Assembly (NCBI GenBank): GCA_043228905.1
Contig: JBHGNT010000014.1
Location: 12,772,001-12,836,000 of the forward strand
Direction: 5' to 3'
Source of the DNA: Azolla caroliniana
Taxonomy: Eukaryota > Plantae > Polypodiophyta
DNA length: 64,000 nt
The translations under genes and the position numbers were made by a program. Numbering within the stretch: position 1 is the stretch's first letter; every line of letters starts with the position of its first letter. This document shows, one piece after another, positions 12,142-25,308 of this stretch. Under the pieces are notes generated by a model. It was not told the origin of the DNA, did no database searches, and was given only the letters and a program-made list of their open reading frames with translations.

Positions 12142-14721
12142 ATTGCTTTTTAGAGAAAAAGTTTATAACTTTCATACAACACGACCCAAAGTTGAGTGAC
12201 GCGTTTAGGAAATCCCTCATCATGACCTTACCATGCACATATGCATTGATGACATGCCATTTCTTGGAAGTCCTAATTTTGAGTCTAGATTTGTCATGAA
12301 GGGTTTTGAATAAAAGGTCAAAGTATAATCCAAATGCTGAAACTAATGATAACGTTTGCAATTAACAATGAATTTCCTTCGTTTCCATTCTCTTTGATTG
12401 GCCCTTGAGATCTTTAAGGGTATTCAACAAGACTTTGATGGTACATCAACATCTAGAGTTTGTAGGGTACCTTGGGTTAGGTACACAAACGTAAGTGCTT
12501 AGTAAGGTTATGCTAGTCTTTTTGAAACTATCTACTAAAGATTTTTTTGAGAAAGTGCATAATTCAATAATTTGAGCTTGGTGCACACCTATTGTCTTGA
12601 TGAAAAAAAGGGATGATGACATGGCATAAAATCATTTGACGAGGAATTTGTAGACTACATTCTATCTAAGCTAATAATGCTAGCCAATTGATTTGACGAA
12701 AACAACATGGAGAATTCAAACTTAGGTGAATCACTCACTTATTTGCTTTTGAGCTAGTCGCATGGGTGCGTGACATTTATCTAGCCATCTATCTGAAAAA
12801 CTAGACCTTAAGGACCTTTCCTATGCATGACCCCTTATTAAAAATTTGAAACAATTAGCAACGTCACATGCTTGTCTAGATTTAACTCAATTAGTAAAAG
12901 TATTCTGGAACTTGTAGCCTATGCGCATTACAGAACATTCCATGGCTTGTGATATTATGATCGTGCTCAAATTTTATGGAGTCGGTTAAAGATTTCAGCC
13001 ATCTAAAATTTCGTAGTTAAATTAGAGAGCTGATAAGTCTCTTATGGATACATATCCTTTGATGTATCAACCTCTAAATAATACTTCTATGGGATCTGGA
13101 GACCAAACAACGATGCACTTTTCGGAAAGTTCTGAATAAGCTACTTCATACCCATGTTTATTTTTATGCTAGATGTTGAATGTGATGATAGTCTTGATTG
13201 CATTGTAAGGTGTTATACATAACATTGTTAATCGTAAGATTATGAGAGATAACTACATACAACTAGGCAATAATGCATTTTTGACATTTTGTTTAAGATC
13301 TTAAATGGTAAAGACAGACAATCATTTCAACACAAAAAGGAGAGTATCTATTGTCTTGGAAGAAAGTATCATATTCATCCTTTACATTGAAAACATTCTA
13401 TTGTTATTCATGCAAGTTGTAGAGATTGGTGAAATTTATCTATGTTTTCTAGGCTACAAGTTTGCATTTTCATAGATAATTGATCACACATATTAAAGGA
13501 TACCCTAGTGAGTTACAACTTACTTCTCATTCTTTGAATTAGAGGCTTGTGTCACTACATATGCACTCCCACATGCCTTCTAAAGAGGATGGTGATCAAT
13601 GAATTGTTTAAATGCAATATTTAATCCTATGCTAATTCACATATAGATAATTTTGTAGTATTCTATTAAGAAATTTATTTACTTCCTTATTTTGACATAT
13701 AAAATTCCACTTTTGTAGAGTTTATACAAGAATATCTACACGTGGTCTTTAAGATTTGTCAACATAGTTACTAACAAACTAAAAATAACAACCACATGGA
13801 TGAAAAATAATGTTACAAGTAACTTAGTAAGTGTTAGGCTAGCTTGTAATGGCACTAGGTAAAGTTGTGTTATGAATTGAGTAACGAATTCAAATGGTCA
13901 GTATGTAGGGACAAAAACTCATGACCAAGGCTAAAATTGGAAACATGTCCATGGTCTTCAAAGCTTCGTGAAAACGATATTAAAAAAGTATCAATTATGT
14001 ATGAATAATTTAGAGTAGCTAGACACAATTAACGACCAATGGCCCCATATTCAAAATTGAAACTCCATCATTGGATGGAACAACATTTCGTTAGAAAGTT
14101 TTACCGAATGGCTTAGTAGGGCTCCTCGACATTTACAAGCCTATAAGAACCTACCTAGTTACCAGACTTGGTCTAGAAATTCCTCTTCGGCATGGAAGAA
14201 CCCGACTTCAACTATGCCATCTCAACTTTTGGTTACTATAAAGATAGGCAGTTTCCGTAAAATGCCTTCATAGGGATTATTTTTTAAAACTCGACTCTTT
14301 CTGGAGAAGGAAAACGTTGGTTCCTCGGGAGGTTCGAATCAAATGGGGTGTTTCAAGGAACAGACTTGGGTGTGGCGTGTGTGAGAGCTGGTCTCAAGCT
14401 CTGAAATAATGCCATTATTGTGAGAGCCCATGGTTGGGGGAGGGAGGGAGGGGGGGTGGGCTCCGAAGAGAGGATTTAACAGGGAAGATGAAAAGAAGAG
14501 CTCAAGAAGGAAATTGGGGAGAAATAGTCAAAGGGGTGCAAAATTGGGTCAAGTCAATGTACAGTGGTACTTGGTCAAGACGCTTTACATGCGTCAATGG
14601 GGTCTTGACCGCAGTCAAACTTCTCTTCCTTACCATTAAAAAGGAGAAAGAGGAGGGAGAAGAAATCTCATCTCAGTCTATCAGTCTCTTTCTCTCTGAC
14701 ACACACAGAAGCAGATTGGCT

Positions 14722-16115
14722 ATGGCGCCTTCAGAGCCTGACCTACATATTGCTAACCTCCATACCTTGATCCCTTCCGTCTCATGTCCTCCCCTTCCTA
14801 AAATTAAAGGTCATGCTAGAATGAGAATATCTCCAAACCCTAACCCTAACCCTAACCCTAAAATTAATAGCCCAAAAACTAGTCCTAATCCTAGCCCTAG
14901 CAATAGCCCTACACCGGACCTTTCTAGTTATTCTTGCTCACTAGCCTATCGTGATAACTTATCATTCAAGAGTAGACCTACCAGTAATCTTATTGATCTT
15001 AATTATGATCCTCTCATAACTGATAATGAGGTTAGCATACATTTCAGTAAATCATCCTTCTCTTCCTCTTCCTCCACTTCCTCATACTCATCATCCATTC
15101 AAAGTGGAAGCAATCTCTCCTTTGATCTCAACATGGAAGCATTGGATCCATTCACTACGACTAGCGGCCACGGGGATCACGGTAGATTAGCGCAAATCGG
15201 GTGGTTCCTTAAGTATGATGGTAATGATGGAAGATTAGGGCAGGAAGAACCATGTTTTAGCAATGGTGATGGTGGATATATAGTGGGGACTAATATGAGC
15301 AAAGATGAGGGGTCATGTACACCAATTGGTAAGGCCCTTGGAGCTTTTGGGGCCCATGCAATGCCCATGGAAGGTTCCATAGGGCAAGGTTCCGTGACAC
15401 TTCCAAGTTCCAATCAATCACAAGAATCCCTAGAGAAGAAAAGGAAATCACCCACTCATTCTTCCAAATTAATGGAGGGGGACTACCCGCAACCATCGTC
15501 ATCATGCCATTGCGCTTCAAAACTACACAAGTAAGCTTCATCATGAATCCATTTAACTACTTCACGTGAACCCACTAAGAGCTTGCTACATAGTATACAT
15601 ACATACATACATACATACATGTGCTTGTGTGCATTTGTATCCATTCTACATGTATGTATGTATGTATGTATGTATGTATGTATGTATGTATGTATGTATG
15701 TATGTATGTATGCATGTATACATGTACTTGTGCACATTTGTATACATCAACATGTATGTATGCATGCATGTATACATGTACTTGTGCGCATTTGTATACA
15801 TCAACATGTATGTATGCATGCATGTATACATGTACTTGTGTGCATTTGTATACATCAACATGTATGTATGTATGAATGAGGGGATATGGTTATGTTCCCC
15901 CACCCTGTCACAAGAAAATGAGGGTCTTCTACATATCATAGTATATCACAATATTGACTCAATTTTTTACCTCATTCTAGGAAATTGAAGAAAAAATGTG
16001 TTACTCGAGTCCCGGCCATTAGCGAGAAAATTGCTGACATCCCATTGGACAATTACGCATGGAGAAAATATGGCCAAAAACCAATAAAAGGCTCTCCTTA
16101 CCCAAGGTGCTCATT

Positions 16116-16160
<45 letters not shown>

Positions 16161-16381
16161 ATATTTACATATATACATTTTCCTCCTAATGTTCAACATA
16201 CTCTTTTACTTAACTCTTTTTGTTTTGTAGGGGCTATTACAAATGTAGTGGTGTGAAGGGTTGCCCTGCGAAGAAGCATGTGGAGCGTGCTCTTGATGAT
16301 CCTTGCATGCTCATTGTGACTTATGAAGGAGAACATAACCATCCACAATCCTCCTCACGAAAATCACGAACTATACCTTAA
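14722..16381 (+). CDS. WRKY transcription factor, group IId-like; exons 14722-15530, 15981-16106, 16231-16381
   Basis: HARF-like motif GHARMR, plant Zn-cluster-like CHCASK..K, and [16 protein letters not shown]|GYYKCS...CPAKKHVER...YEGEHNH with the conserved R-type intron. GT-AG junctions at 15531/15980 and 16107/16230 restore the frame. The start codon (14722) is inferred; the frame is also open upstream. Confidence 0.9.
15590..15875. repeat. (TACA)n/(TATG)n microsatellite plus three copies of a 54-bp minisatellite, in WRKY intron 1
   Basis: Directly visible. It generates the YVCM/HTYI artefact ORFs. Confidence 0.9.
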
Positions 16382-17224
16382 ATTCTATCCACGTAGTGCT
16401 TATGTGACATGTCTACACCCCTCTTTGAGGCATTAAGTCACATTATCCATGACAGGGGCTCAATTGTATATACTTATTTAGGAAAATACAAAGAAACACA
16501 TCAAAATATGTATATGGGATGGCATGTAGTAAAGCGACATTAAGATCATTTTTTCTACATTTTTTATTCAAACCTCTCTGAAATAAACCATTTGACATTA
16601 TGATTTTTTTTTCTACAAATTGTATCAAGATATCGTGAAAACTTTTGACAATGAAACTAGAACCTTGAAGTGTAGCACTATGAGCATTGAAGTACCTAGA
16701 AACTGCAAAGGGGGGATAGCACAAGTCAAAAAAATTTTAATCATGGTACCGACTCACTAATTATTGTAGGCGTGTATGTGCCACATAGTGTTGTACACAC
16801 CCACCCTAGACACCCAGACATGCATGCGCAAGACACACCATTAAAGTTCTTAGGAGGAAGTTTATGCAAAATGGAATTTTTCTTTGCCCCATATATATCC
16901 AATAGCCTTTCACTCGTGTATTCCACTTAAATTTGTTCTCGTGGCGGACTATCTATTCCTTATTTCCTATATTTTATTTTACTCTTGGGGAGAGTACATG
17001 TCCTCCATTGAGGATTAGTAGTAAGAGAGAAAGGGGATCTCAACTAGTAGACATCATACATGGATATTACAACAAGAAAAGTAGTTTATGTAGTTAAGTG
17101 TTCATTGCTATTAGGTTGTGAGTCCATAGAAGCTAACAATAGGGCACTTCTATGTGTGGCCACCTTGTTGTTTCTTCATCATAGTGGACCCTAAACCTAG
17201 AAAAGGTGAGGGGGGATATGGAAC

Positions 17225-19500
17225 CTAGTGAAGAAGAGAAGGAGAGGATGTGTAGGTGATCACATCAAGGGGGAGCCAAGCACTCCCAAGGATGAAATTC
17301 TCGGCACTGAAGGAAAGGGCCTCGGTGTAGTTGAGGGAAGTGTGCACCCCGGGCCAACCCACCCGTCCATTGGTCGCGGACCCCGGCCCATAGTTATGGT
17401 ATTCGGCATAGTATAACGTGTCGATGTACGGGTCGCTTGAGTTCCAAGACAACCAACCCGCGGGTTCTACCAAGCTATCCAAGAAAGAGTCCATGAAGAC
17501 TGTCCGGGAGTAGGCCTTCCACGGACGCCCCAAGTACGAGGCGACCGTGAAATTGGCGGACACAAGCTCCTCGGATGCGACGATGCTACAGTTCTGGAAG
17601 GAGTAGCCCGATATGTCCACGCTCGTCTTCCGGCCTTGCGCCGTGACAGTGTTTTGTTGGCCTTTTAGCGGCCTCCGGCACAAAATGTCACAGTTCTGGA
17701 AGCACGCGATCGCGTTCCCAAATATGAAGTCCACGGTCCCGTAGATGTGGCAATCGCGGTAGAATTGCCGGGCCGCGAGCGCGTACAACGTGTCTTGGTA
17801 CCCTTCGAAGCCACACCTGGCAAATTCGGAAGAGGAATACAATGAATTAACACGAGTTTAATCTTTCACGGGTCCGAATCCTCGAGTTATTATGTGACTC
17901 GAAATTGTAACGAAGAAAAACATGAGAAACCCTTCCCAATGTGCTAAATCAATGCATAAAGCAGTGAGTACTACTTATTTCTAGGTTGGGGGTTTAAATT
18001 TCTTATATAAGTCAGATATGAGCTCACTCACCGGTAGAAGACCCCGAGATCGGCTGATGCTCGCAATGCAACCGCCTGGTATCCTTGAGGCCCCGCCGTG
18101 TTCCGGAAAGTCATGTCGATAGCCCAAAATCCGACAGCCGATATGCCTGGCATCCCCCGAGGATTTTAGGGTTTAGGGTTAAACTTAATGATCTACAGTT
18201 AGACAATTCGGGTTTCTCTAATGAGAGAGAGAGAGAGAGAGATCCCTTTCTTACCTACGGTCGCGCTTCGGAATGTGGTGTAGTTCCCGCTCCCCACGTT
18301 GTTGCTCCCGGTGATGATGGTCGCATTGATCCCGTCCCCGATGAACGTGAGATTTACCAAGCTCTTGTCCACCTCGAATGTCTCGTTGTAAACACCCCGC
18401 CTTATGTACATGACAAAGCGTCGTCCGGCCAGAAGGTAGTCCGCGGCATCTATACTGGCTAGGGCATCCGTGACCGTCGTGAAATTCCCGGTCCCGTCTT
18501 TGGCTACGATTAGGTCGGGAATTAGTCTCAGTGAAGCGGGACCTGCTGCTAATCCTTGGAGGAGCTCCCTTTGCGGGCGGGTAACCCAATGGGGAAAGCC
18601 GGAAGATCCCTTTTCGTCATTGTTGCCTTGACTAGTTTTGCCGACGGAATAGACCTTGTCGCCTTGACTAGTTTTTTCGACATTGTCATCTTGACTAGTT
18701 TTGTTGACTAGTTCGGTATCCGTGTCCAATGTGTGTCTTCTAGGCTGGGCCTTGATCCCTTTCTGGTGTTTCCAATTGGCTAGCTTGTCCCCATGGCTAG
18801 CCAGCTTCTTCACCAAATCCAAGCTATTTGTTAGCACCTCCCACACTCGAGCTTGCGACTTCAGGATCCGAGCCCGACAATCGCTACCTGCTTTACTCGA
18901 TGATAAGAAGAAGGGTATGCTCACTGTGACACCATCGGCGCATGTCGATTGCAAGCTCAATGCGCCACTAAGCCATGCCTCCAAATCCAGCAATGCTTCC
19001 CCATGCTTTTCTGGCCACCGACCGGCACCAGGTTCGGGCGCGGGTGTGACAATGGTGGACAAGTTGGCGATGACAAGACCGACTTGGTCAGTTGCCATGT
19101 CCATGAGAGCAATACAATCTTGGATAGCTTGGAGCTCCAAGGGGGTTAAGAATGGTTGGGGACCCTTGGTAGAGCAAGACTTGGCCACAACACGAGACTC
19201 TTTGACTATGACGGATGCGGCTTTAAGGGCAATTGAGACAAGTGTATGTGCACTCGCATTCTTGAGGAAGCCAAGGTTGGTCTGGGAGAAGCTCTTGCTA
19301 CAAACATCTGGGTAAACAGTTGCATTACAAATTATGCCGATCGCGTCGGTTGGAGACGGATTAGCAGAGGATGTCGAATTAGTGCTTGATACAAGTTGTG
19401 CATGGGAAATAATAGTACACGAAACATTACAAGTAATATAGCATATTGCTAGTGGTAAGATGATATTAAGCTTGAATAACAAGAAGAAAAGCTTCATCAT
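17225..19500 (-). CDS. Type I pectin methylesterase with N-terminal PMEI pro-domain; exons 19500-18255, 18146-18032, 17816-17225
   Basis: Hydrophobic N-terminus; PMEI-like CNATVYPDVC...DC...WLSGALS...TC. Catalytic-domain motifs VAKDGTGNFTTV, GVYNE, TFRSATV, QAVAL, GYQDTLY, YGTVDFIFG and YLGRPWK. GT-AG introns join all three exons in frame. Confidence 0.93.
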
Positions 19501-20912
19501 GAATAATGTAAAAGAAAATATATTGTTAGATGCCCTTTGTATAAGCCTTGGATAATGTAGTATGAATGGATCATGATGATATATATAGTGTGAATTGAGA
19601 AGACTAATATATGAGTGGAGACCATTGGTGTGTTGTGTCAGACAAATCGACAAATCACCATATATATATATATATCTTGTATGTTCATCACGTTGTATCA
19701 TGGCTACTGGACAAGATACACTCCCCCATCACCATCACACACACACACACACACACACAATTGCATTAAGACAGAAAAAACAAACAAAAAATAGGCTCAA
19801 TTGAACAACTCAAGAAATTTGCTTTTCTTTTTCATGCTATAAAAAGAGTTCTTTCATAAAAACTAGCTATACTGAATTCTTGAAGTCAATCATCTTTGTC
19901 TTTTTCATCCATCTATATATTCACGTTCACGAGGGGCCTATCCCCTCTACCCCCGAATCTCGACCAACCACTCACACTTGTCACCATTGTGATCTTGAAA
20001 AAAACATAATGTTTTGACAAAAAGTTGAAGGCCTTAATTTATAGTTTGAGAAAACTATTCAGCATGCAAAGTTCACTGTTTTTCCTCAAGAATATCTTGG
20101 GGTTTCCTACCCTTGAGTTTAGATTTCAAAAGGTCTTTTCAAAATCTTACATTGATTTTGGGGTTTGTTTCTTTTCTTTCTAGACACTTCACCTTAGGTC
20201 GTACTTTTTACCAATTGTAAAAAAGAAGCTTGCCTCACATTCTAAAACTTCTTTGCCTTTAAAAACCAGGGATGTAAAGCCATGAGTGTAAGAACACTCA
20301 TTACCAATTAAAATTGCAATATGGTTAAAGAAGTGGAGTTACTATATAATTGTCATGAAGCTCATCTATAAATATACTAACTATTAGCTCTTGGGTGATA
20401 GACAAATATGGCCTATGGGACCAAATTTGAAAGAAACTATTAATGGGTTATTGTAGGGTTGTGTGTGTCTCTTGATTGATGAATATGCTCATCACGAAGG
20501 TAGTGATGGTGAGGGTAGAGAATTTCTTGTGAAATGAAAGATTATGCTCCTAAGGTGGAAATGGTATTGTTTCAAAACTCTTCTCTTTAGCGGCGTTGAG
20601 ACTCACTTCATGATGTATTTCTTTTTTATTGTAAATACAAACAATCTATAACACCAAAATAATTAGTGTCCTTGTAAGGTGCTAGAGTAAGCATAAGGTG
20701 TGAAGTCAATATAGATAAAGAAAGAACAATATAAGATTGAATACAATATTACATCTTTGAGAGATTCCTATTGGCGACTAAGCATGTACCATGACCCATG
20801 TAGTAGTGATACCACTCAATTGTGATATTATTGCGGTGTTTTTCACACCGATATTATTGTGTGTTTTCACTCAGTCACACACACACACACACACATAGAG
20901 AGATTTAACAGA

Positions 20913-20981
20913 TGGATGTAGCTAAGTCGGTAAGGTTGCCCAATGGAGACCAGGTGGTCATGGGTTCAACCTCTACATTCC
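20913..20981 (+). other. Degenerate tRNA-like sequence (A-box/B-box); possible SINE head or tRNA pseudogene
   Basis: GGATGTAGCTAAGTCGGTAAGG...GGTCATGGGTTCAACC has tRNA-like box spacing, but I cannot fold a clean cloverleaf. Confidence 0.35.
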
Positions 20982-23688
20982 ATATTCAATCTAATGAATT
21001 AAGAGATATATATGAAGTATATAATAGAGAGAAGTGAGAAAATTGGCTTTCGAATCCAAGACGCAATGATTGTAGTGTTAACAACTTACCACTAGGGTAA
21101 GCTAATTACAAAAAGAAGAAGAGAGATTTAACATCCATTGGAGACCAATTGTGTTCTATTGAGAGGGTGCCTAGTCCATTGTGAGGATTGAGCTTAGGTT
21201 CTCTCAATTTTGGTTTCACCCCCAAAAAAAGATAGATTAGATATATTTTTTTATTGTCTTTGGAAGTCAAATATGACACATGAGACAAAAAATATAACAT
21301 TTTCACATAATAGATGTGAAAGGGAGAAGCAAGTCTTGATGTTCAAGAACTTTACTAATGAATGTTGCCATCAAGAGTGCCCCAAAGTCTTGTCTCACAT
21401 TGTAGTGAGTGTGAGCTCAGTTGCATGGAAGCAATGATCTGGATGAGAGAGAGTGGTTTTTGAAATGTTTATCAATATAGAGAGAATAAGGAAAAAACAA
21501 AATTTTAGTAAATGAATCTATCCAAAACATATATTTGTGGAAACAATTGAACATATATTTGTGGAAACAATTGATAAGTGAATTAGAGTGAGCATTGTTT
21601 GAGTTGGAGTTGTTGACCAACACAATAGAAGAAAATGAGAAAAAGGTGAAGTAGGACATGCTGGCCTTTTGAACTAGACCACAACAACTAATAGACATCA
21701 ATTTGTGATGGACAACCCCAATAATTGAGGTAAGGTTAAAAACTTAAACCTTATCAAGTGTGTTTAGAACACCGCACTACGAAAATTTCACACCAACCTC
21801 CATTTCCTCACGCACAAGAATTTGCACAACTTTTGGCTTGGGTCTATATCAAAAGAATGCCCATCTACTTGGCCACAATTGCTTTATTCTTGGATAAAAT
21901 TTATGTTACCTGGTCTCAAGTCGCATTTCTTACAAACCTTAAGGTTCCACACTCCCAAACTTTTATCTTTGATTGTAAACCAAATAAATAACAAATTTTT
22001 TTCCATAAAAAATATGCTCCATTGGTATTAAAATTAACAATGCCAAAGGCAATATACAAATTGTACATAATAGTTTCCACTCCTGAAGTATATATCATAA
22101 AAAAAAAGAACCAAATCTAAGCAATGACATTTGACAAGATAAGGCTAATTATAATCCATGAAAACAACTCTCAGCCTTTGCCAACAACACCTTTGATACG
22201 ACAAGCTAGGCTACCACCCCAAAAAAGGGGATAGAATCAGGGACCATACTATCAATCTCCAACATGTGAAGACAGTTAATGATACATTGAAATAACCATG
22301 TTCTATAACTCTATCACCATTACATTCTATAATTCATGTTGCAGCCAAAATTAGTTGAATGTGGTTCTGCATATACTAAAGCTCTTCACTATAACCCTAC
22401 TCAACATATAAACAAATTCCCGCGGTCCAAGGGAATACATATCTTGTTGGTAATCATACTCAACATACCCTGGATGGTAGTCTAAAAACTCCATGTTTGC
22501 ATTTGGTTGTGCATTATGTACTAAAGTTGTTCACCAAATAAATAACAGTTACCTTTAGTTCATCCATTGATGCAAATTTATTTGTATGTTGAAGATACAT
22601 TACATGTATGTATGTTTATTCACATAATTACTTTGAGTATCATGTACGTAATGACACATATTATGCAGAAATAACTATATTGACATATATCAACGCACAC
22701 ATACATAGATGTGTTTGTTAACTCAATTTGTTTATGTCGCTTTATTTTGTTGCCATTGTAGAAATTGCACAAATAGTTTGTCTTTTAATGACTTACTTTT
22801 GGTTTTGGAAAGAAGCAAAACAAATTCACATCATTGACTCTACATGAGTCAAGATAAATAGTGCAATCACACTATATTACATCGATATCACCACATTTCA
22901 CAAGTTTTACTTAATATGTATGATCTTTACCTTCTCATTTAGATTGTTAATTATTTGGTAAGTATCATGATTAATGTTAATCAATATTATTGTTAGAAAT
23001 AGTCTAATAATAGAAAATGATTGTTCATGACACTTTGGGATCATTATAATCAAATCATAGATAGAGTATGAATCACACAACCACAACCTATATTATGTCA
23101 ACATAAAGGTTACACAATAGGATGGAGACAAACTCAACAAGGGGCTTAGGCACCCGTGTATAATGTCGGAAAAAGCACTTCTCTACACTTCATATATTGT
23201 TCCTTTCTCATAAACCAGGTGCCACTCTCGATGATTGAATAATGTCAAAGAGGAAGGGGCACATGTGAACACTTGTAAAGGTACACTTATGAGGTTGGAG
23301 TGTAAGAAAAGGGGCCTTTTGCTTTAGGAGTCTCTACACAAGAAGTACATGTGATATGTGGAGGTGGAAAATCATGAAAGAATCACAAGTGATACTTGAC
23401 AAAGTGTGGAGACAAGGGGAGGAGGACAAGGCATTGAGAAGTGAGAATGACTAGTAAAAACATGGAATGCTTGATTGTAATAGGGAGGAAAGGGTAGGCC
23501 CTCCCCTCCCTATGGATACCTTGAACAATGTTCGCTAGGGTCGAGTCAAGTTCATGACGCGGATCGGGTTTCCTAATGTAAACAAGTTGTGGACTTGTTA
23601 CTTGGGGCTTTCTAGTCCAAAAATAGTTGCTCATTGTTGGAAGTAGGCAAAACTATGAAGTATAATATGTTTGCCATGTTCATTAAAG

Positions 23689-25308
23689 TCAGATGTTCAT
23701 GCCTGAGATGGGAGGAGGAGCTGGGAGCTTGTCAAGCAAAGCATCAATGGCAATTGAGAAGGCATCGGGGCGGCGGTAGCGTGGCTCTTGTTGTTGGCCA
23801 AGCGGGGAGGCGCCAAATGTGTCGGCATAGATAACATTGGGGATAAGGCGTCTCACCGAGTGTTGTAGCATCCGGATGTGATCGCCCGGAATAAGCGAGA
23901 GTGCGTGAATAACATCGATCCCACCCCCTAAAATGAGCTCTTCACTGATGAAGACCGAGAATGGGGTTGTGCGAGACGAATGAGCTAGATGGTATGGGTA
24001 TTGCTCGAATGCCGTCTGGTTCGAGAATACCACTGGGATGCAACCCGCCAAGATGGTGTCGAAGAATCCTTTCCGGGTCGCACTATCGCCGCGTGGCTGG
24101 AGACAAAACACGGACGCAGCCAACACGCGAACCACCTCCTCCGGCTCCTTTTCACATGCTAGCTTCATGCCCCCACTCCTGCCGGCATCCGTGCCACTAC
24201 CACACTCCACCACTCTACACTTGTCCCTATTGCTTTCTTCTTCGCATTGCGCCACGAGTCTCACCCGAATCTCCCTCACCTCCTCCGTGTCGAAGCTTCG
24301 GTTGGAAGCCCCGACGAATGTCACTAGCCATCGCCGGTTGTGCCGGGCTATCGCTGTTCGCCATAGGTCAAGCTCATCGTCAGACGCGGGATGGAACAAT
24401 GTCGGGTACGGAACTCCAATTTCGGGGTTCTGTTGGAATTTGCGTTCCAATACTAAGATCGTTACGTTCGCCATGGGGTGTTGGCGTAGTAGCGAGTTCC
24501 CCCACTTTACCGTCCCTCCGTCGAGCGGGTGTCGGTTGAAGTCCCATGCGATCCGACCCAATGGCATGAAGTGCCGGTTCCTCCATCCCCCGGACCCGCT
24601 CTCTCCCCCTTCCTCATGCCGTTGCCGCCACACGTCATTCCCGCTCAACCACCCCATCAGGCGTTGTGTCATCTCGTCGCGCACATTGAGATGAGGCGAG
24701 AAGAGTGTGAAGCCGAGCTCGATCCCCGCGTAAAACGGAATGTAGAATGCATCTGCCGAGCCGGCATCGGTCGTCCGGCACTTGTAAGACTTCAACTTCT
24801 CATGGAAGATGACCTCAAGTGAGAATTGGTTAGTCCTATACCACGCGCCGGCCGGAACGAGCTTAATGAGTTCCTCTTTGGGCTGTGGGGATGATCCATC
24901 CGGCACTATCTTTGATCCGAAGCCTTTGTTCTCCACGAAATCGCAAGGCACACACGGCCACTTCTCGCAATACTCCGGATATCCTGTTCGGCACTGTCTT
25001 AGGAGCTCCTCGTTGAACTCAGGTGGGAGGGGATATATGTAGATTCGTCGGCCTTGGCAAGTCGGGTCAACAATAACCTCTTCTTTGGCTTGAACTTCTT
25101 TCGTAAGAATGCCGAACCCTTCTTCTTCGTTGGAAAAGGGCGTCGGTGTACGACACTTGGTGCATATTCCGGCGTAGTCATGGGTGAGAGAAAACAACAA
25201 AATGAGGAGTAGTGACAGAGCCCCAATAAGCAACCACTTCATTTTGATCATCCTTAGTGAGTGATTTATACTTAACCAACATAGATGCAAGATGACCCTA
25301 AGGTTCAT
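23689..25308 (-). CDS. GT47/exostosin-family glycosyltransferase (MUR3/KATAMARI1-like xyloglucan glycosyltransferase clade), intronless
   Basis: Type II membrane anchor (WLLIGALSLLLILLFSL). Motifs CQGRRIYIYPLPPEFNEELL, WYRTNQFSLEVIFH, FYIPFYAG, GRIAWDF, GVPYPTLFHP and FCLQPRGDSATRKGFFDTILAGCIPV. The true start may be the Met at 25251. Confidence 0.92.
   Translation of the reverse strand: MNLRVILHLCWLSINHSLRMIKMKWLLIGALSLLLILLFSLTHDYAGICTKCRTPTPFSNEEEGFGILTKEVQAKEEVIVDPTCQGRRIYIYPLPPEFNEELLRQCRTGYPEYCEKWPCVPCDFVENKGFGSKIVPDGSSPQPKEELIKLVPAGAWYRTNQFSLEVIFHEKLKSYKCRTTDAGSADAFYIPFYAGIELGFTLFSPHLNVRDEMTQRLMGWLSGNDVWRQRHEEGGESGSGGWRNRHFMPLGRIAWDFNRHPLDGGTVKWGNSLLRQHPMANVTILVLERKFQQNPEIGVPYPTLFHPASDDELDLWRTAIARHNRRWLVTFVGASNRSFDTEEVREIRVRLVAQCEEESNRDKCRVVECGSGTDAGRSGGMKLACEKEPEEVVRVLAASVFCLQPRGDSATRKGFFDTILAGCIPVVFSNQTAFEQYPYHLAHSSRTTPFSVFISEELILGGGIDVIHALSLIPGDHIRMLQHSVRRLIPNVIYADTFGASPLGQQQEPRYRRPDAFSIAIDALLDKLPAPPPISGMNI

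Noticed and set aside
12200-14270. Possible very old retroelement remnant
   Set aside because: Only faint GPY-like traces near 14040; too degenerate to support a call.
14835-14861. (CCCTAA)4 telomere-like tract
   Set aside because: It lies in frame within the WRKY exon and encodes a Pro-Asn repeat; too short to call an interstitial telomere.
15483-15988. Multiple YVCM/HTYI ORFs
   Set aside because: Microsatellite artefacts inside WRKY intron 1.
23100-23640. Possible solo LTR downstream of GT47
   Set aside because: I could not find matching TG...CA termini with a TSD.
17225-25308. Possible cell-wall gene cluster (PME + GT47)
   Set aside because: Two members of very large families being adjacent is unremarkable without synteny or co-expression evidence.
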